From the NCBI GenBank assembly GCA_965215345.1, contig CBDCDL010000001.1, forward strand, positions 580,328 through 644,327: DNA of 64,000 nucleotides. The letters run 5' to 3'. Below, one piece after another: positions 18,788 through 30,836 of the stretch; position 1 is the stretch's first letter; each line of letters begins with the position of its first letter. This stretch comes from Spirochaetia bacterium (GTDB lineage: Bacteria; Spirochaetota; Spirochaetia; SZUA-6; Bin103). Position numbers and translations under genes: made by a program. Below the pieces are notes generated by a model that saw only the letters and a list, made by a program, of their open reading frames with translations, searched no databases and was not told the DNA's origin.

Positions 18788-19711
18788 ATGACACAGACGG
18801 ACCAGGGCCAAGGTATCCGCGGCGTGGTCGTGCCGATTCTCACCCCGCTCACGCCGGACGAAACGGTCGACGCGGCGTCCCTGCGGCGGCTGACGAACCA
18901 TGTGATCGACAACGGCGTCCACGGCATCTGGGCAGCGGGCACCACGGGCGAGTTCGCCGCGCTGGACGAGCCGGCCCGGCGGCTGGTGATCGAGACGGTG
19001 GCCGAAGAGGCGGCCGGCCGCGTGCCGGTGATCGGCAACGTGTCCGCACCCGCGACCCGGGCCGCCATCGCCGCCGCGGAGGCGCTCCGCGACTGTCCCG
19101 TCGCGGGCATCGCCGCGACGCCGCCGTACTACTACCGCAACACCCAGGATGAGCTTCTGAGCCACTTCCGGGCTATCGCCGACCGGTCGGTACAGCCGCT
19201 GTGGGTCTACAACATCCCGAGCACCGTAAAGGTGACGGTCGAGCCCGACACCATCGCCGCGCTGGCCGCCGACGGCACCGTGGCCGGGGTCAAGGACAGC
19301 TCGGGCGGGGGCGAGACCTTCGCGCAACTCGTCATGCTCTGCCGGACGCGCGGCCTCTCGCTGTACCGGTTCGTCGGCTCGGTGTGGCGCGCCACCATGG
19401 CCGGCATCGGGGCTCACGGCATCGTCCCCGGCATCGCCAACCTGGCGCCGCGCAGCGTGTCCGGCGCCTGGGAGGCCGGCCAGCGCGGCGATGAGGAGAC
19501 CGCCGCTCGTTGCCACCACGAGACGCTCGCCGCCACGCGCGTGACGCAACTCGCGAGCGGCAGCAACGGGACCGGCTATGCGGCGCTGAAGTCGGCGTTG
19601 AAGGTGATGGGAGTCATCGAGCACGACATGGTGTCCGCTCCGTTCCGGCCCCTGGACGACGCGGCGCAGGCGCAGCTTCCGCCGCTGCTGGAGGAGCTGG
19701 GGCTCCGGTGA
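18788..19711 (+). CDS. DHDPS/NAL-family class I aldolase
   Basis: AAGGAG RBS; GTTGEF, PPYY, VYNIP, GVKDSSG (Schiff-base Lys). Confidence 0.88.
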   Translation: MTQTDQGQGIRGVVVPILTPLTPDETVDAASLRRLTNHVIDNGVHGIWAAGTTGEFAALDEPARRLVIETVAEEAAGRVPVIGNVSAPATRAAIAAAEALRDCPVAGIAATPPYYYRNTQDELLSHFRAIADRSVQPLWVYNIPSTVKVTVEPDTIAALAADGTVAGVKDSSGGGETFAQLVMLCRTRGLSLYRFVGSVWRATMAGIGAHGIVPGIANLAPRSVSGAWEAGQRGDEETAARCHHETLAATRVTQLASGSNGTGYAALKSALKVMGVIEHDMVSAPFRPLDDAAQAQLPPLLEELGLR

Positions 19712-19720
19712 GCCCGGCGC

Positions 19721-20626
19721 ATGGGAGCCCGTAGCCGGCTCTTCAGCACCGCGGACAGCACCAACCCCGGAGCCTTCACCGCGACCGACTGGGCGCTGTT
19801 CTGCTCCATATCGGCGATCTGGGGCGCGTCGTTCCTGCTCATCGACATCGCCCTGGATGCGTTCCGGCCCGGACTGGTCACCTTTCTGCGGGTGGCCGGC
19901 GGGGCGGCGACGCTCTGGCTGGTTCCCGCGGCGCGCCGGCCGCTGGCGCCCGAGGACCGTCTGCGGGTGGTCGTGCTGTCGTTCGTCTGGGTGGCCGTGC
20001 CGTTCACGATCTTCCCGGTAGCTCAGCAATGGGTGAACTCGGCCCTGACCGGCATGCTCAACGGGGCGATGCCGATCTTCGCCGCGCTGCTGTCCACCGC
20101 GCTGCTGCGGCGCATGCCGCGGCCGGCTCGGCTCGGCGGGCTGCTGGTCGGCTCCGTGGGCGTCACGGCCATCGCCTGGTCGACTGCCGCACCGGGAGCC
20201 TCCAGCGCCACCGGCGTCGCGCTGATCCTGTGCGCGACGCTGTGCTACGGAGTGGCGGTCAACCTGGCCGTTCCCCTGCAGCAGCGCTACGGCGCGGCGC
20301 CGGTGATGGCGCGGGTCACGGCGCTCGGGGCGCTGTGGACGGCGCCGTACGGCCTGTACGGGCTGGGAGGCTCCGCGTTCGGCTGGTCCGCGCTGTTCGC
20401 GGTGCTCGCCGTCGGGATCATCGGCACCGGGATCGCCTACTGGATCATGGGCACGCTGGTCGGCCGCGCGGGCTCGGTCCGGGCCTCGTTCATCACCTAC
20501 CTGATCCCGGTGGTGGCACTGGTCCTGGGCGTCGTGATCCGGGGCGACCGGGTCGGGGGACCGGCCGTCGTCGGTGTTATTCTGGCTACCATCGGCGCCC
20601 TGCTGGCTGCCCGCCGCGAACGCTGA
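19721..20626 (+). CDS. EamA/DMT transporter
   Basis: IWGASF, about 10 TM segments, TYLIPVVALVLG. Confidence 0.88.
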   Translation: MGARSRLFSTADSTNPGAFTATDWALFCSISAIWGASFLLIDIALDAFRPGLVTFLRVAGGAATLWLVPAARRPLAPEDRLRVVVLSFVWVAVPFTIFPVAQQWVNSALTGMLNGAMPIFAALLSTALLRRMPRPARLGGLLVGSVGVTAIAWSTAAPGASSATGVALILCATLCYGVAVNLAVPLQQRYGAAPVMARVTALGALWTAPYGLYGLGGSAFGWSALFAVLAVGIIGTGIAYWIMGTLVGRAGSVRASFITYLIPVVALVLGVVIRGDRVGGPAVVGVILATIGALLAARRER

Positions 20627-20736
20627 TCGACTTGGAGAGACGGCTGGAACGCAGCGAACAGCAGGCGCCGAACGGACCCCGAGACCGACAGCGGCGAAGC
20701 GGGCATGATGTCCGTCACTCCGGGAGGAACAGGGAG

Positions 20737-20808
20737 ATGGGAGCGACAAACGTCACCGTTACCATTCGCAACCCCGCGGATCCGAGCAACCTGCGGAGCG
20801 GCCGCTGA
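20737..20808 (+). pseudogene. N-terminal scrap of a clan AA aspartic protease (AF_0612-like)
   Basis: Purine-rich RBS then MGATNVTVTIRNPADPS, stops before the DTG motif. Confidence 0.5.
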
Positions 20809-20828
20809 GCGACGGCGTGGGGAAGCGG

Positions 20829-23543
20829 ATGGCGGACGACCGGTCCCGGTGGATCCATCGGGGGTTCAATGCCTTCCGGCAAGGCGAATTCGACAATGGC
20901 GGCGACAATCTGTACGTCACCGCGGCCGGCGCCATCGAGTGGATCCATCGCACGGACACGAACGGCGACGGCCACGTCGACCTGGTGTTCCCCAACTCGC
21001 ACGGCTACGACGAGCGCGGGCCGACCTGGATCTACCGCCGGCCGCGTGCCGCCGGCGGGGAGTGGGGCAGGCAGGCGCTCCCCAACGACAGCGGCTGGAT
21101 GAGCCGGGCGGTCGACCTGGACGGCGACGGGCGCCTGGACCTGATCGTCATCAACGCCGAGAACGGCGTCACCTCCGAGCTGGACTCCTACGTCTACTGG
21201 GGCGGCCCCGGCGGCCTGACCGGCGAGCGCGTCGAGCTGCCCACCGCCGGCGCCTACGACGTCGCCACCGCCGACCTGACCGGCAACGGACTGCCCGACC
21301 TGATCGTCCCGTCGGCGTGGGTGGACCACCACAACGCCGGCGAGCCGCGGCCGTTGCACGTGTTCCTGCAGACCGCCCCGCGCGTGTTCGAGGACGCCAC
21401 CGAGCGGTTCGGCATCCCCGGCGTCGCCGCGCTCGCGGTCGCCTGCGCGGACCTGGATGGCGACGGCGAGCTGGAGCTGGTGGTGGCCAACTACCGTGCC
21501 GGGTTCGAGTACGACACCGACTCCTTCATCTATCGCCGGAGTGGCGACGGGTTCGCCGTGGACCGTCCGCTGCGGCTGCCCACCCACTACGCGATGCAGG
21601 TGGAGCTGGCCGACCTGAACGGCGACGGCGCGAGTGAAGTGATCTTCGCCGGCGGCGACCAGGTGCAGATCTACTGGAACCGCGGCGGCCGCTTCTCACC
21701 GGACGACCGCACGATCCTGCCGGTCGAGGGCAACTGGACGCTGTTCACGCAGGGCGCCGTGCGCGTGGCCGCGGCCGACGTCGACGGCGACGGCCGCGAC
21801 GAGCTGCTCGTGGTGACCCGCGACGGGGTGCAGATCCGGTCGGCAGCCGCGCTGGACCGGGTGCGCCGGACGCTGCCGCTGCCGAATTGCAGTTGGCTTT
21901 CCGCCGCCGACCTGGACGGCGACGGGCGCATCGACCTGATCGCCTCGCGGCTTGAGGACGGACGCTCCTACGAGACCGAGTCGGTCGTGTTCTGGAACGG
22001 ACCGGAAGGATTGTCCGCAGGACGGGTCACCACGTTGCCCACGAGGGGCGCGATGGGCTGCACGGCCGCCGATCTGGACGGCGACGGCCGGCCGGAGATC
22101 GTGTTCAACAACACGATGGCCGGGCCGTCGCAGAACGATCCCGACTTCCCGCTGTACGTCTACCCGGGCGGCCCCGGCGGCAGCTTCGACCCGCGGCGGC
22201 GGCTGGAGCTGCCGACGGGAGGCACCAACACCTACGTCCTGGCCGACCTCGACCTGGACGGCCATGCCGACCTGGTGTGCACGGGGCGGGACGGACTGCG
22301 GGTATTCCACGGCGGCCCGGACGGCCTGCGTCCCGACCGCTGCACGTTCCTCCCCGGCCTGGGGCAGTTCTTCCACTACGTGCAGGTCGGGGACTTCGAC
22401 CGTGACGGCTGGCTGGACCTGCTGGGCGTGGCCTACACCTACGACGACAAGCCGGAGACGATGGCGGCCTCCTCCGTGATCTTCCACGGCTCGCCCGACG
22501 GTTTCTCCGCGGAACGCTCCACGGTGCTGCCCACCTGCTGCAAGGGCAACGCGCGCGTGGCCGACCTGTCCGGCGACGGCTGGCTGGACGTGGTGTTCTA
22601 CAACCCGCGCGGCTACCTGGCCGTGTATCACGGCGGCCCGCACGGCTTCTCCACCGAGCGGATGAGCCGCATTCCGCTGGACCTGGGCGGCGACGGCAAC
22701 GTCGCGGCGATCAACTGCGCCGACCTGACCGGCAACGGCTGGCTGGATCTGATCGTCGTGGTCATGGGCCACTACACGCGCATGGAGTCCGGATTCCACA
22801 TCCTGCACGGCGGGCCGGCTGGCTACTCGCAGGATCGCAGCGAGTACCACCGCACCGACGCCTCCAGCATCCTGCTGACCGTCGCCGACGTGAACGGCGA
22901 CGGTCACCTCGACCTGCTGGTGCCGGCCTATTCCACGCAGTTCAGCCGCGTGCTGCCGGCGCACATCTACTGGGGCACGGCGCACGGCATCGACTACGAG
23001 CAGCCCACCGTGATCCCGTGCGACTCCTCCTGCGCCTTCCAGGTGGTGGACCTGACCGGCAACGGCTACCGCGACGTGCTGACCATCTGCCACCGCACCG
23101 ACCTCGGCCACCGGGTCGACTCGATGCTGTTCCACAACGGGCCCGACGGCCTGGACCTCGACCACCCGGTGCGGCTGCCGGGGATGGGCCCGCACCTGAG
23201 CACGCCGCGCGACTTCGGCAACGCCTTCACGCGCGAGCCGTGCGAGCGCTACCGCTCGCCGCCGTACGAGCTGGCGGGCAGGCGGCCGGTGGGGGTGGAC
23301 TGGACCGCGGACACGCCGCCGCGCACGTCGGTCGAGCTGCAGCTCCGCTGGGCCGGGTCGCGCTCGGAGCTGGAGCGGGCCCCGTGGCGTGGCGCGGAAG
23401 GCGCGGGCACGACCTTCGGGCATCCCGGCCGCGTGGTGGGGTTTGCGGGAGCGCAGCGCTGGCTGCAGTATCAGGCCACCCTCACCTCGCTCGACGGCTG
23501 CAGCACGCCCTCGCTGCGCGAGGTAAGCGTCGAGCTGGTTTAA
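20829..23543 (+). CDS. FG-GAP/VCBS repeat beta-propeller protein, no signal peptide
   Basis: More than a dozen DxxGDGxxDL motifs followed by YWG/FHG motifs. Confidence 0.85.
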   Translation: MADDRSRWIHRGFNAFRQGEFDNGGDNLYVTAAGAIEWIHRTDTNGDGHVDLVFPNSHGYDERGPTWIYRRPRAAGGEWGRQALPNDSGWMSRAVDLDGDGRLDLIVINAENGVTSELDSYVYWGGPGGLTGERVELPTAGAYDVATADLTGNGLPDLIVPSAWVDHHNAGEPRPLHVFLQTAPRVFEDATERFGIPGVAALAVACADLDGDGELELVVANYRAGFEYDTDSFIYRRSGDGFAVDRPLRLPTHYAMQVELADLNGDGASEVIFAGGDQVQIYWNRGGRFSPDDRTILPVEGNWTLFTQGAVRVAAADVDGDGRDELLVVTRDGVQIRSAAALDRVRRTLPLPNCSWLSAADLDGDGRIDLIASRLEDGRSYETESVVFWNGPEGLSAGRVTTLPTRGAMGCTAADLDGDGRPEIVFNNTMAGPSQNDPDFPLYVYPGGPGGSFDPRRRLELPTGGTNTYVLADLDLDGHADLVCTGRDGLRVFHGGPDGLRPDRCTFLPGLGQFFHYVQVGDFDRDGWLDLLGVAYTYDDKPETMAASSVIFHGSPDGFSAERSTVLPTCCKGNARVADLSGDGWLDVVFYNPRGYLAVYHGGPHGFSTERMSRIPLDLGGDGNVAAINCADLTGNGWLDLIVVVMGHYTRMESGFHILHGGPAGYSQDRSEYHRTDASSILLTVADVNGDGHLDLLVPAYSTQFSRVLPAHIYWGTAHGIDYEQPTVIPCDSSCAFQVVDLTGNGYRDVLTICHRTDLGHRVDSMLFHNGPDGLDLDHPVRLPGMGPHLSTPRDFGNAFTREPCERYRSPPYELAGRRPVGVDWTADTPPRTSVELQLRWAGSRSELERAPWRGAEGAGTTFGHPGRVVGFAGAQRWLQYQATLTSLDGCSTPSLREVSVELV

Positions 23544-23559
23544 GGCGTACACTCTCCGC

Positions 23560-25380
23560 ATGGCAGAGCAAACGCTGGTCGACAAGGGCCGCTACGTGGC
23601 GGCGGGGACGGTCGAGGACGTGCGCGCCAAGGGGGTCGTCCTGGTCCAGGGCGACGGGGTCACCATCGCCGTGTTCGCCGACGGCGACCGCATCGCCGCG
23701 GTGGACAATCGCTGCCCGCACATGGGCTTCCCGCTGCACCGCGGATCCCTCGACGACGGCATCCTGACCTGCCATTGGCATCACGCCCGCTTCGACGTCG
23801 TTTCCGGCTGCGCGTTCGACCTGTTCGCCGACGATGTGCCGTCCTGCGAGGTGCGCGTCGTCGACGGGCAGGTGCTGGTCGCGCGCCGTCCGCGCGAGCA
23901 CGCCGGCGCCGCGTTCTATGGCCGGCGCCTGCAGCGGGGGCTGGACATCGGCGTGGGCCTGATCCAGGCCAAGGCGCTGCTCGGGCTGCTGGACGAAGAC
24001 CCGGACCCGTCCGGTGTGATCGCCACGGTCTCCGAGTTCGCCGCGCGCCGGCTGGCGAGCTGGGGCGAGGGGCTGGTGCGCCTTGCCTGCGTGGCCAACC
24101 TGGCGCCGTACCTGAGCGACGACACCCGCTACCTGGCGCTCTACTACGCGACCCGGCAGATCGCCGCCGAGGCGTCAGGGGCGGTGCCGCACCGCCTGCG
24201 CGGGGCGCTGGACGGCGACGGCCGCCGGCTCGAGGATCTCGCCGGCTGGCTGAAGACGTTCGTCGGCGCCCGCCACGCGGACGGGGTCGAGCGCACGCTG
24301 GCCACGGCGCTGCGCACGCTGAGCGGGCGCGCCGCCGCCGGCCTGCTGTCCGACGCGGCGGCGCAGCGTCTCTATGCCGAGGGCGGGCACCTGCTGGACT
24401 CCTGCAACAAGGTGTTCGAGCTGATGGACCACATCGGCACGGACGACGCGGAGACGCACGTGGCGCTGCTGGCCGGCCGCATCGCCGCGGCGCGCGGTGA
24501 GGAAGAGGGGAGCGCCTGGCGGCACCCGGTCGACCTGGTGAGCGCCGCCCGCGATCTGGAGTCGCGGCTCCCGGAGTTGCTGGCGGCGGGCGAGGATGCG
24601 GCGCGCGCGAACGGGACCGCAGAAGCGGCGCAGGCGCGGGAGGTTTCCAGGCGCCTGCTTCCGGTCTTGCTCGGCGATGACGGCCGCGCGGTGCTGGAGG
24701 CGATCGGCGCCGAGCTGGCCGGCGGAACCGCCCCTCGCATCCTGTCGGCCGTGGTCGCCCATGCGGCGGGGCTGCGCCTGGCGCGCTTCTCGGCGTCCAA
24801 CGACGTGGGCGACTGGTTCAGCGCCCAGCACACCTTCATCTTCGCCAACGCCGTGGACCGGGCGGTGCGGCGCAACCCGACGACGGGCGCGGTGGCGGCG
24901 ATCGTGCAGGCGGCCCTGTCCGTGCACGCCGACCGGTTCCTGAACGTGCCGCCGGCCCGGCTGCCGGGCGAGCGGGACGGCCTGGACGCGTTGCCCGAGG
25001 ACCACGACGAGCTGCTCGAACGGCTGCTCGACACCATGGATCGCCGCAGCACCCCGGGCGAAGCGGACGCGCTGACTGCCCGATACCTGCGCACCGGCGG
25101 CTCCCTGGAGCGGCTGATCGATACGCTGGCCCATGCGACGGTGCGCGAGGACCTGGACTTCCACAGCCTGCAGGTCCTCGAGGCGGCGGTCGCGCAGGGC
25201 CGGACCTGGGGGGACGGCCCCGAGCGGGAGCACCTGATGATCGGCGTGACCCGCAACCTGGCCGCGCAGTGTCCGACCCGGCGCGGCGGTCTGAGCACCG
25301 CCCTGATCGCCCGGCGACTGCATCGCGGCCAGGCGCTGTACGCCGAGGATGAGGGGGACGGCGACAGCGGGGGCGCCTGA
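23560..25380 (+). CDS. Rieske [2Fe-2S] domain fused to a long helical domain of unknown function
   Basis: NRCPHMGFPL...TCHWHHARF. Confidence 0.85.
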   Translation: MAEQTLVDKGRYVAAGTVEDVRAKGVVLVQGDGVTIAVFADGDRIAAVDNRCPHMGFPLHRGSLDDGILTCHWHHARFDVVSGCAFDLFADDVPSCEVRVVDGQVLVARRPREHAGAAFYGRRLQRGLDIGVGLIQAKALLGLLDEDPDPSGVIATVSEFAARRLASWGEGLVRLACVANLAPYLSDDTRYLALYYATRQIAAEASGAVPHRLRGALDGDGRRLEDLAGWLKTFVGARHADGVERTLATALRTLSGRAAAGLLSDAAAQRLYAEGGHLLDSCNKVFELMDHIGTDDAETHVALLAGRIAAARGEEEGSAWRHPVDLVSAARDLESRLPELLAAGEDAARANGTAEAAQAREVSRRLLPVLLGDDGRAVLEAIGAELAGGTAPRILSAVVAHAAGLRLARFSASNDVGDWFSAQHTFIFANAVDRAVRRNPTTGAVAAIVQAALSVHADRFLNVPPARLPGERDGLDALPEDHDELLERLLDTMDRRSTPGEADALTARYLRTGGSLERLIDTLAHATVREDLDFHSLQVLEAAVAQGRTWGDGPEREHLMIGVTRNLAAQCPTRRGGLSTALIARRLHRGQALYAEDEGDGDSGGA

Positions 25381-25391
25381 GGGAGATCGTC

Positions 25392-26171
25392 GTGCTGGAT
25401 CTGCAGACCTTCGCGCCCGGCGATCCGGCCGGCGCCGCGGCGGTGTTCCACCGGGACGGCCTGGTCGTCATCCGCGACGCGCTCACCCCGGAGCAACTCG
25501 CGCTCGCGCAGGCCGGGGCGCGGCGCGTGGCGGCCGAACAGATGGCGGCGATCCCGTTCGAGGAGGCGAACCGCGGCTATGCGCGCTATTCCTACGGGTT
25601 GCAGCTCCACCACCCCGAGTGGGCGCAGTTGATCGCGGTGCCGACGATCCTGCCGGTGCTCGATGAGATCTGGGGCTCCGAGGACTACATCTGCGGGCTC
25701 GGCGGCGGCGACTACTCCGCGCCCGGAGCGGAGATTCAGCACCTGCACGCCGACGTGCGCGACGACATCGCAGACCCGCTGCAGCAGGTCACCATCTTCG
25801 ATCTGCCGAGCCCGTTCATCGTCGTCAACTACGTGATGACCGAGTTCAGCGAGCGAACGGGAGCGACCCGCTTCGTGCCCAGCACGCACCGTACGCGCCA
25901 GAAGCCTCCCACGCTGGAGGAAGAACCGGAGCGCATGCGGCGGTCGTTCGTGTGCGCTCCGCCCGGCACGGCCATCGTCCGCGACGTGCGCTGCTGGCAC
26001 GGCGGCACGCGCAACAGCAGCGACCAGGTGCGCATCATGCTCGGCATCGGTTACTACGCGCCCTGGTTCCGGCAGGCGAGGATGGGGGGCGTGGTGCCCC
26101 GGTCGCTGTACCGGACGCTGCCGGCGCGGGCGCAGAGACTCGCGCGGTTCATCGTCGTCGACGACGCGTGA
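25392..26171 (+). CDS. phytanoyl-CoA dioxygenase (PhyH) family
   Basis: FHRDGLVVI, QHLHAD, GATRFVPSTH, WHGG, distal Arg. Confidence 0.88.
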   Translation: MLDLQTFAPGDPAGAAAVFHRDGLVVIRDALTPEQLALAQAGARRVAAEQMAAIPFEEANRGYARYSYGLQLHHPEWAQLIAVPTILPVLDEIWGSEDYICGLGGGDYSAPGAEIQHLHADVRDDIADPLQQVTIFDLPSPFIVVNYVMTEFSERTGATRFVPSTHRTRQKPPTLEEEPERMRRSFVCAPPGTAIVRDVRCWHGGTRNSSDQVRIMLGIGYYAPWFRQARMGGVVPRSLYRTLPARAQRLARFIVVDDA

Positions 26172-26173
26172 GG

Positions 26174-27478
26174 ATGCCGTCACCCCCGAACATCCTGTTC
26201 GTCTTCACCGACCAGCACCGCTGGGACTGGGTCGGGTACGAGGGGCGGGTGCCGGTGCGCACCCCCAACCTGGACCGGCTCGCCGCGCGCGGCGTGGCCT
26301 TCAGCGGCTGCCGGGTGGCAAGCCCGATGTGCGCGCCCAGCCGTGCCTGCCTGGCCGCCGGCGTGCGCTACGGCCGCTGCCGCGTCGCCGACAACCGCGC
26401 CGACGCCGATCCGGCGCTGCCGACCTTCATGCGGTCCCTGCGCGCGGCCGGCTACCGGGTGGCGATGTGCGGCAAGAGCGACCTGCACAAGCGCTCGCAC
26501 CTGCACGGCCGCTACGGCTGGTCCAGCTTCCTGGGGCGGATGGGATTCACCGACACCCTCGATCACGCCGGCCATCGCGACAGCGCCGCCGTCGCCGGCC
26601 GGACCGAGCCCATCGAGCCCTACCTGGCGTTCCTGCACGAGCACGGCTTGGCGGCGACGGTGCTGGACGACTGGGAGCGGCGCCGGCAGCACGACGAGGA
26701 CGGGAAGGGGATCTCCGCATGGCCCTGCCCGCACGGCCGCTTCTTCCAGATCGACGACTTCACGGGACGGGCGGCGCTCGGCCTGCTCGACCGACTGCCG
26801 GCCGGGGAGCCGTGGTTCCTGCAGGTGAACTTCTCCGGCCCGCACCCCTATTTCGATGCCTGCCGGGAGTTGCTCGACCGCTACGAGGGCGTCGCGTTCC
26901 CGGAACCGGCCGACACACTGCCCGATTCGCACGACCACCAGGCGATCAGACGCAGCTACGCGGCCAAGATCGAAGGCATCGACGACTGGATCGGCTGGAT
27001 CCGGGACGCCGTCGAGCGTCGCGGCGAGGCGGACGACACGCTGTTCGCCTTCTCGGCCGACCACGGCGAAATGCTCGGCGCGGGTGGGCTCTGGGACAAG
27101 GGGCAACCGCACGAGGGGTCCGTGCGTGTGCCGCTGGCGGTTTCCGGGCCCGGCGTCGATGCGGGACGCTGGAGCGATGCGCCGGTGGAGATGATCGATC
27201 TGGCCGCCACGTTCGTCGAAGCCGCAGGTGCGGAGCCGCCGACCGGCTGGGAGGCGTGCTCGCTGTGGCCACTGCTGAGCGGCCGAACGCGGCGCACCCG
27301 GCCGGTCACCGAGTCGGCATTCGGCGACTGGCGCCTGCGCACGGACGGGCGCTGGAAGCTGGTCGAGCGCCGTGCGGCGACCGCGGAGCTCTACGACCTG
27401 TGGAACGATGCCGCCGAGCGTCACGACGTTGCGGATCGACACCCCCGGATCGTCGATCGTCTGTCCTGTCCTGCTTGA
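26174..27478 (+). CDS. sulfatase
   Basis: PNILFVFTDQHR, CAPSRA, GPHPYF, SADHGEML. Confidence 0.9.
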   Translation: MPSPPNILFVFTDQHRWDWVGYEGRVPVRTPNLDRLAARGVAFSGCRVASPMCAPSRACLAAGVRYGRCRVADNRADADPALPTFMRSLRAAGYRVAMCGKSDLHKRSHLHGRYGWSSFLGRMGFTDTLDHAGHRDSAAVAGRTEPIEPYLAFLHEHGLAATVLDDWERRRQHDEDGKGISAWPCPHGRFFQIDDFTGRAALGLLDRLPAGEPWFLQVNFSGPHPYFDACRELLDRYEGVAFPEPADTLPDSHDHQAIRRSYAAKIEGIDDWIGWIRDAVERRGEADDTLFAFSADHGEMLGAGGLWDKGQPHEGSVRVPLAVSGPGVDAGRWSDAPVEMIDLAATFVEAAGAEPPTGWEACSLWPLLSGRTRRTRPVTESAFGDWRLRTDGRWKLVERRAATAELYDLWNDAAERHDVADRHPRIVDRLSCPA

Positions 27479-27611
27479 AGGCGCACGTTGCTCGGCGGAC
27501 GCTGTGAGCAGACGTGTCGACCGCGCACGCGCCGGGCGGGATTCATGGTGGGCTCCGCCTGCATTGGTGTCGAATCAACCGGAAGGGCAACACTCGCGCG
27601 GGGCTTCGCCG

Positions 27612-29459
<1,848 letters not shown>

Positions 29460-29531
29460 GCGGTAGCCGCGAATGTGCTACCGGCCGCGGGTCTCCGCCA
29501 AGCGGCCGTGAAGCGGTAGACTGATCGGCAT

Positions 29532-30836
29532 ATGCATGCGACCAGTAACGACACCGACCGGCTGGCGATCGACGGCGGCACGCCGCTGGTGACGGAGCTG
29601 CCCGAGCGCGGCCTGATCGGCGCGGAGGAACGCGCCGCCGTGCTGGGGGTCGTCGATCGGGCGATCGCCGCCGGCGGCGCCATCGAGTACGGGGGGCCGG
29701 AGGAGGAGGCGTACTGCGCCGAGTTCGCGGAGACCCTGGGCGGCGGGTACGCGGACGCGGTCAACTCGGGCACCGCGGCGCTGTACGTCGCGCTGCGGGC
29801 GCTCGGCGTGGAGCCGTTCACGGAGGTGGTGGTGCCGGCGATCACCGACCCCGGCGGCATGATGCCGGTGCCGCTGCTGGGCTGCATCCCGGTGGTGGCC
29901 GACACCGCACCGGGCTCCTTCAACTGCGGCCCCGAGCAGATCGAGGACGTGATCGGGCCGCTGACCAGCGCCATCGTGGTCGCCCACATCGCCGGCGAGC
30001 CGGTGCGGATCGAGGCCGTCGCCCGTCTTGCCGAGCGCCACGGCGTGCCGCTGATCGAGGACTGCGCGCAGGCGCACGGCGCCGCCATCGGCGGCGCGCC
30101 GGTCGGGAGCTTCGGCACCGTCGCAACCTTCTCGACGATGTGGGGCAAGCACCACTCGACCGGCGGGCAGGGCGGCGTGCTGTTCACCCGCGACGGGGAG
30201 CTGTACCGGACGATCCGCGGCGCCGCCGACCGCGGCAAGCCGTTCGGGGACACCCTGCCGGCGGGCCGCAACTACCTGGCGTCTCTCAACTTCAACCAGG
30301 ACGAGCTGAGCGCTGCGATCGGCCGCGCGCAGCTCGTCAAGCTGCCGCCGGCGGTGGAGCGTCGCCGCGCGTTCGTACGCGCGCTGGCGGAGCGTCTCTC
30401 CGACGTGCCGTCGGTGCAGGTCCCGGAGCTGCCCGGCGGCGCCGAGCCGTCCTGGTGGTTCCTGCGGCTGCGCTACCGCCCGATGGGCGGCTGGGACAAG
30501 GAGCGGTTCTGCGCGGCCCTCGCCGCCGAAGGCGTGCCGGTCACCCCCACCTACGCCGCGCTGCCGGCCACCAGCACCTGGTTCCGCGAGCGGCAGGTGT
30601 TCGGGAGGCGGAGCGGCTTTCCGTGGACGGCGGCCGAATACCGGGGCGATCCGGATCGCGTCTTCCCGTGTCCGAACGCCCACGCGGCGGTCGCCGAGCA
30701 CTTCACGCTGCCGGTGCGCGAGTCGTGGGGCGAAGCGGAGGCGGCGAAGATCGCGGCGGCGCTGGCCCGCGTCGACCGCGCCGCGCGCCGGCCGGGAAGC
30801 GCGCAGGGCTCAGAGACCGTCAGCGGGTTACACTGA
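29532..30836 (+). CDS. DegT/DnrJ/EryC1/StrS PLP aminotransferase
   Basis: VNSGTAAL, IEDCAQAHGA, FSTMWGKH. Confidence 0.9.
   Translation: MHATSNDTDRLAIDGGTPLVTELPERGLIGAEERAAVLGVVDRAIAAGGAIEYGGPEEEAYCAEFAETLGGGYADAVNSGTAALYVALRALGVEPFTEVVVPAITDPGGMMPVPLLGCIPVVADTAPGSFNCGPEQIEDVIGPLTSAIVVAHIAGEPVRIEAVARLAERHGVPLIEDCAQAHGAAIGGAPVGSFGTVATFSTMWGKHHSTGGQGGVLFTRDGELYRTIRGAADRGKPFGDTLPAGRNYLASLNFNQDELSAAIGRAQLVKLPPAVERRRAFVRALAERLSDVPSVQVPELPGGAEPSWWFLRLRYRPMGGWDKERFCAALAAEGVPVTPTYAALPATSTWFRERQVFGRRSGFPWTAAEYRGDPDRVFPCPNAHAAVAEHFTLPVRESWGEAEAAKIAAALARVDRAARRPGSAQGSETVSGLH

Noticed and set aside
16868-19711. 947-aa ORF suggesting a large fusion protein
   Set aside because: The first 640 codons are an off-frame shadow of the ADH and Ldh_2 genes; the real gene starts at 18788 with its own RBS
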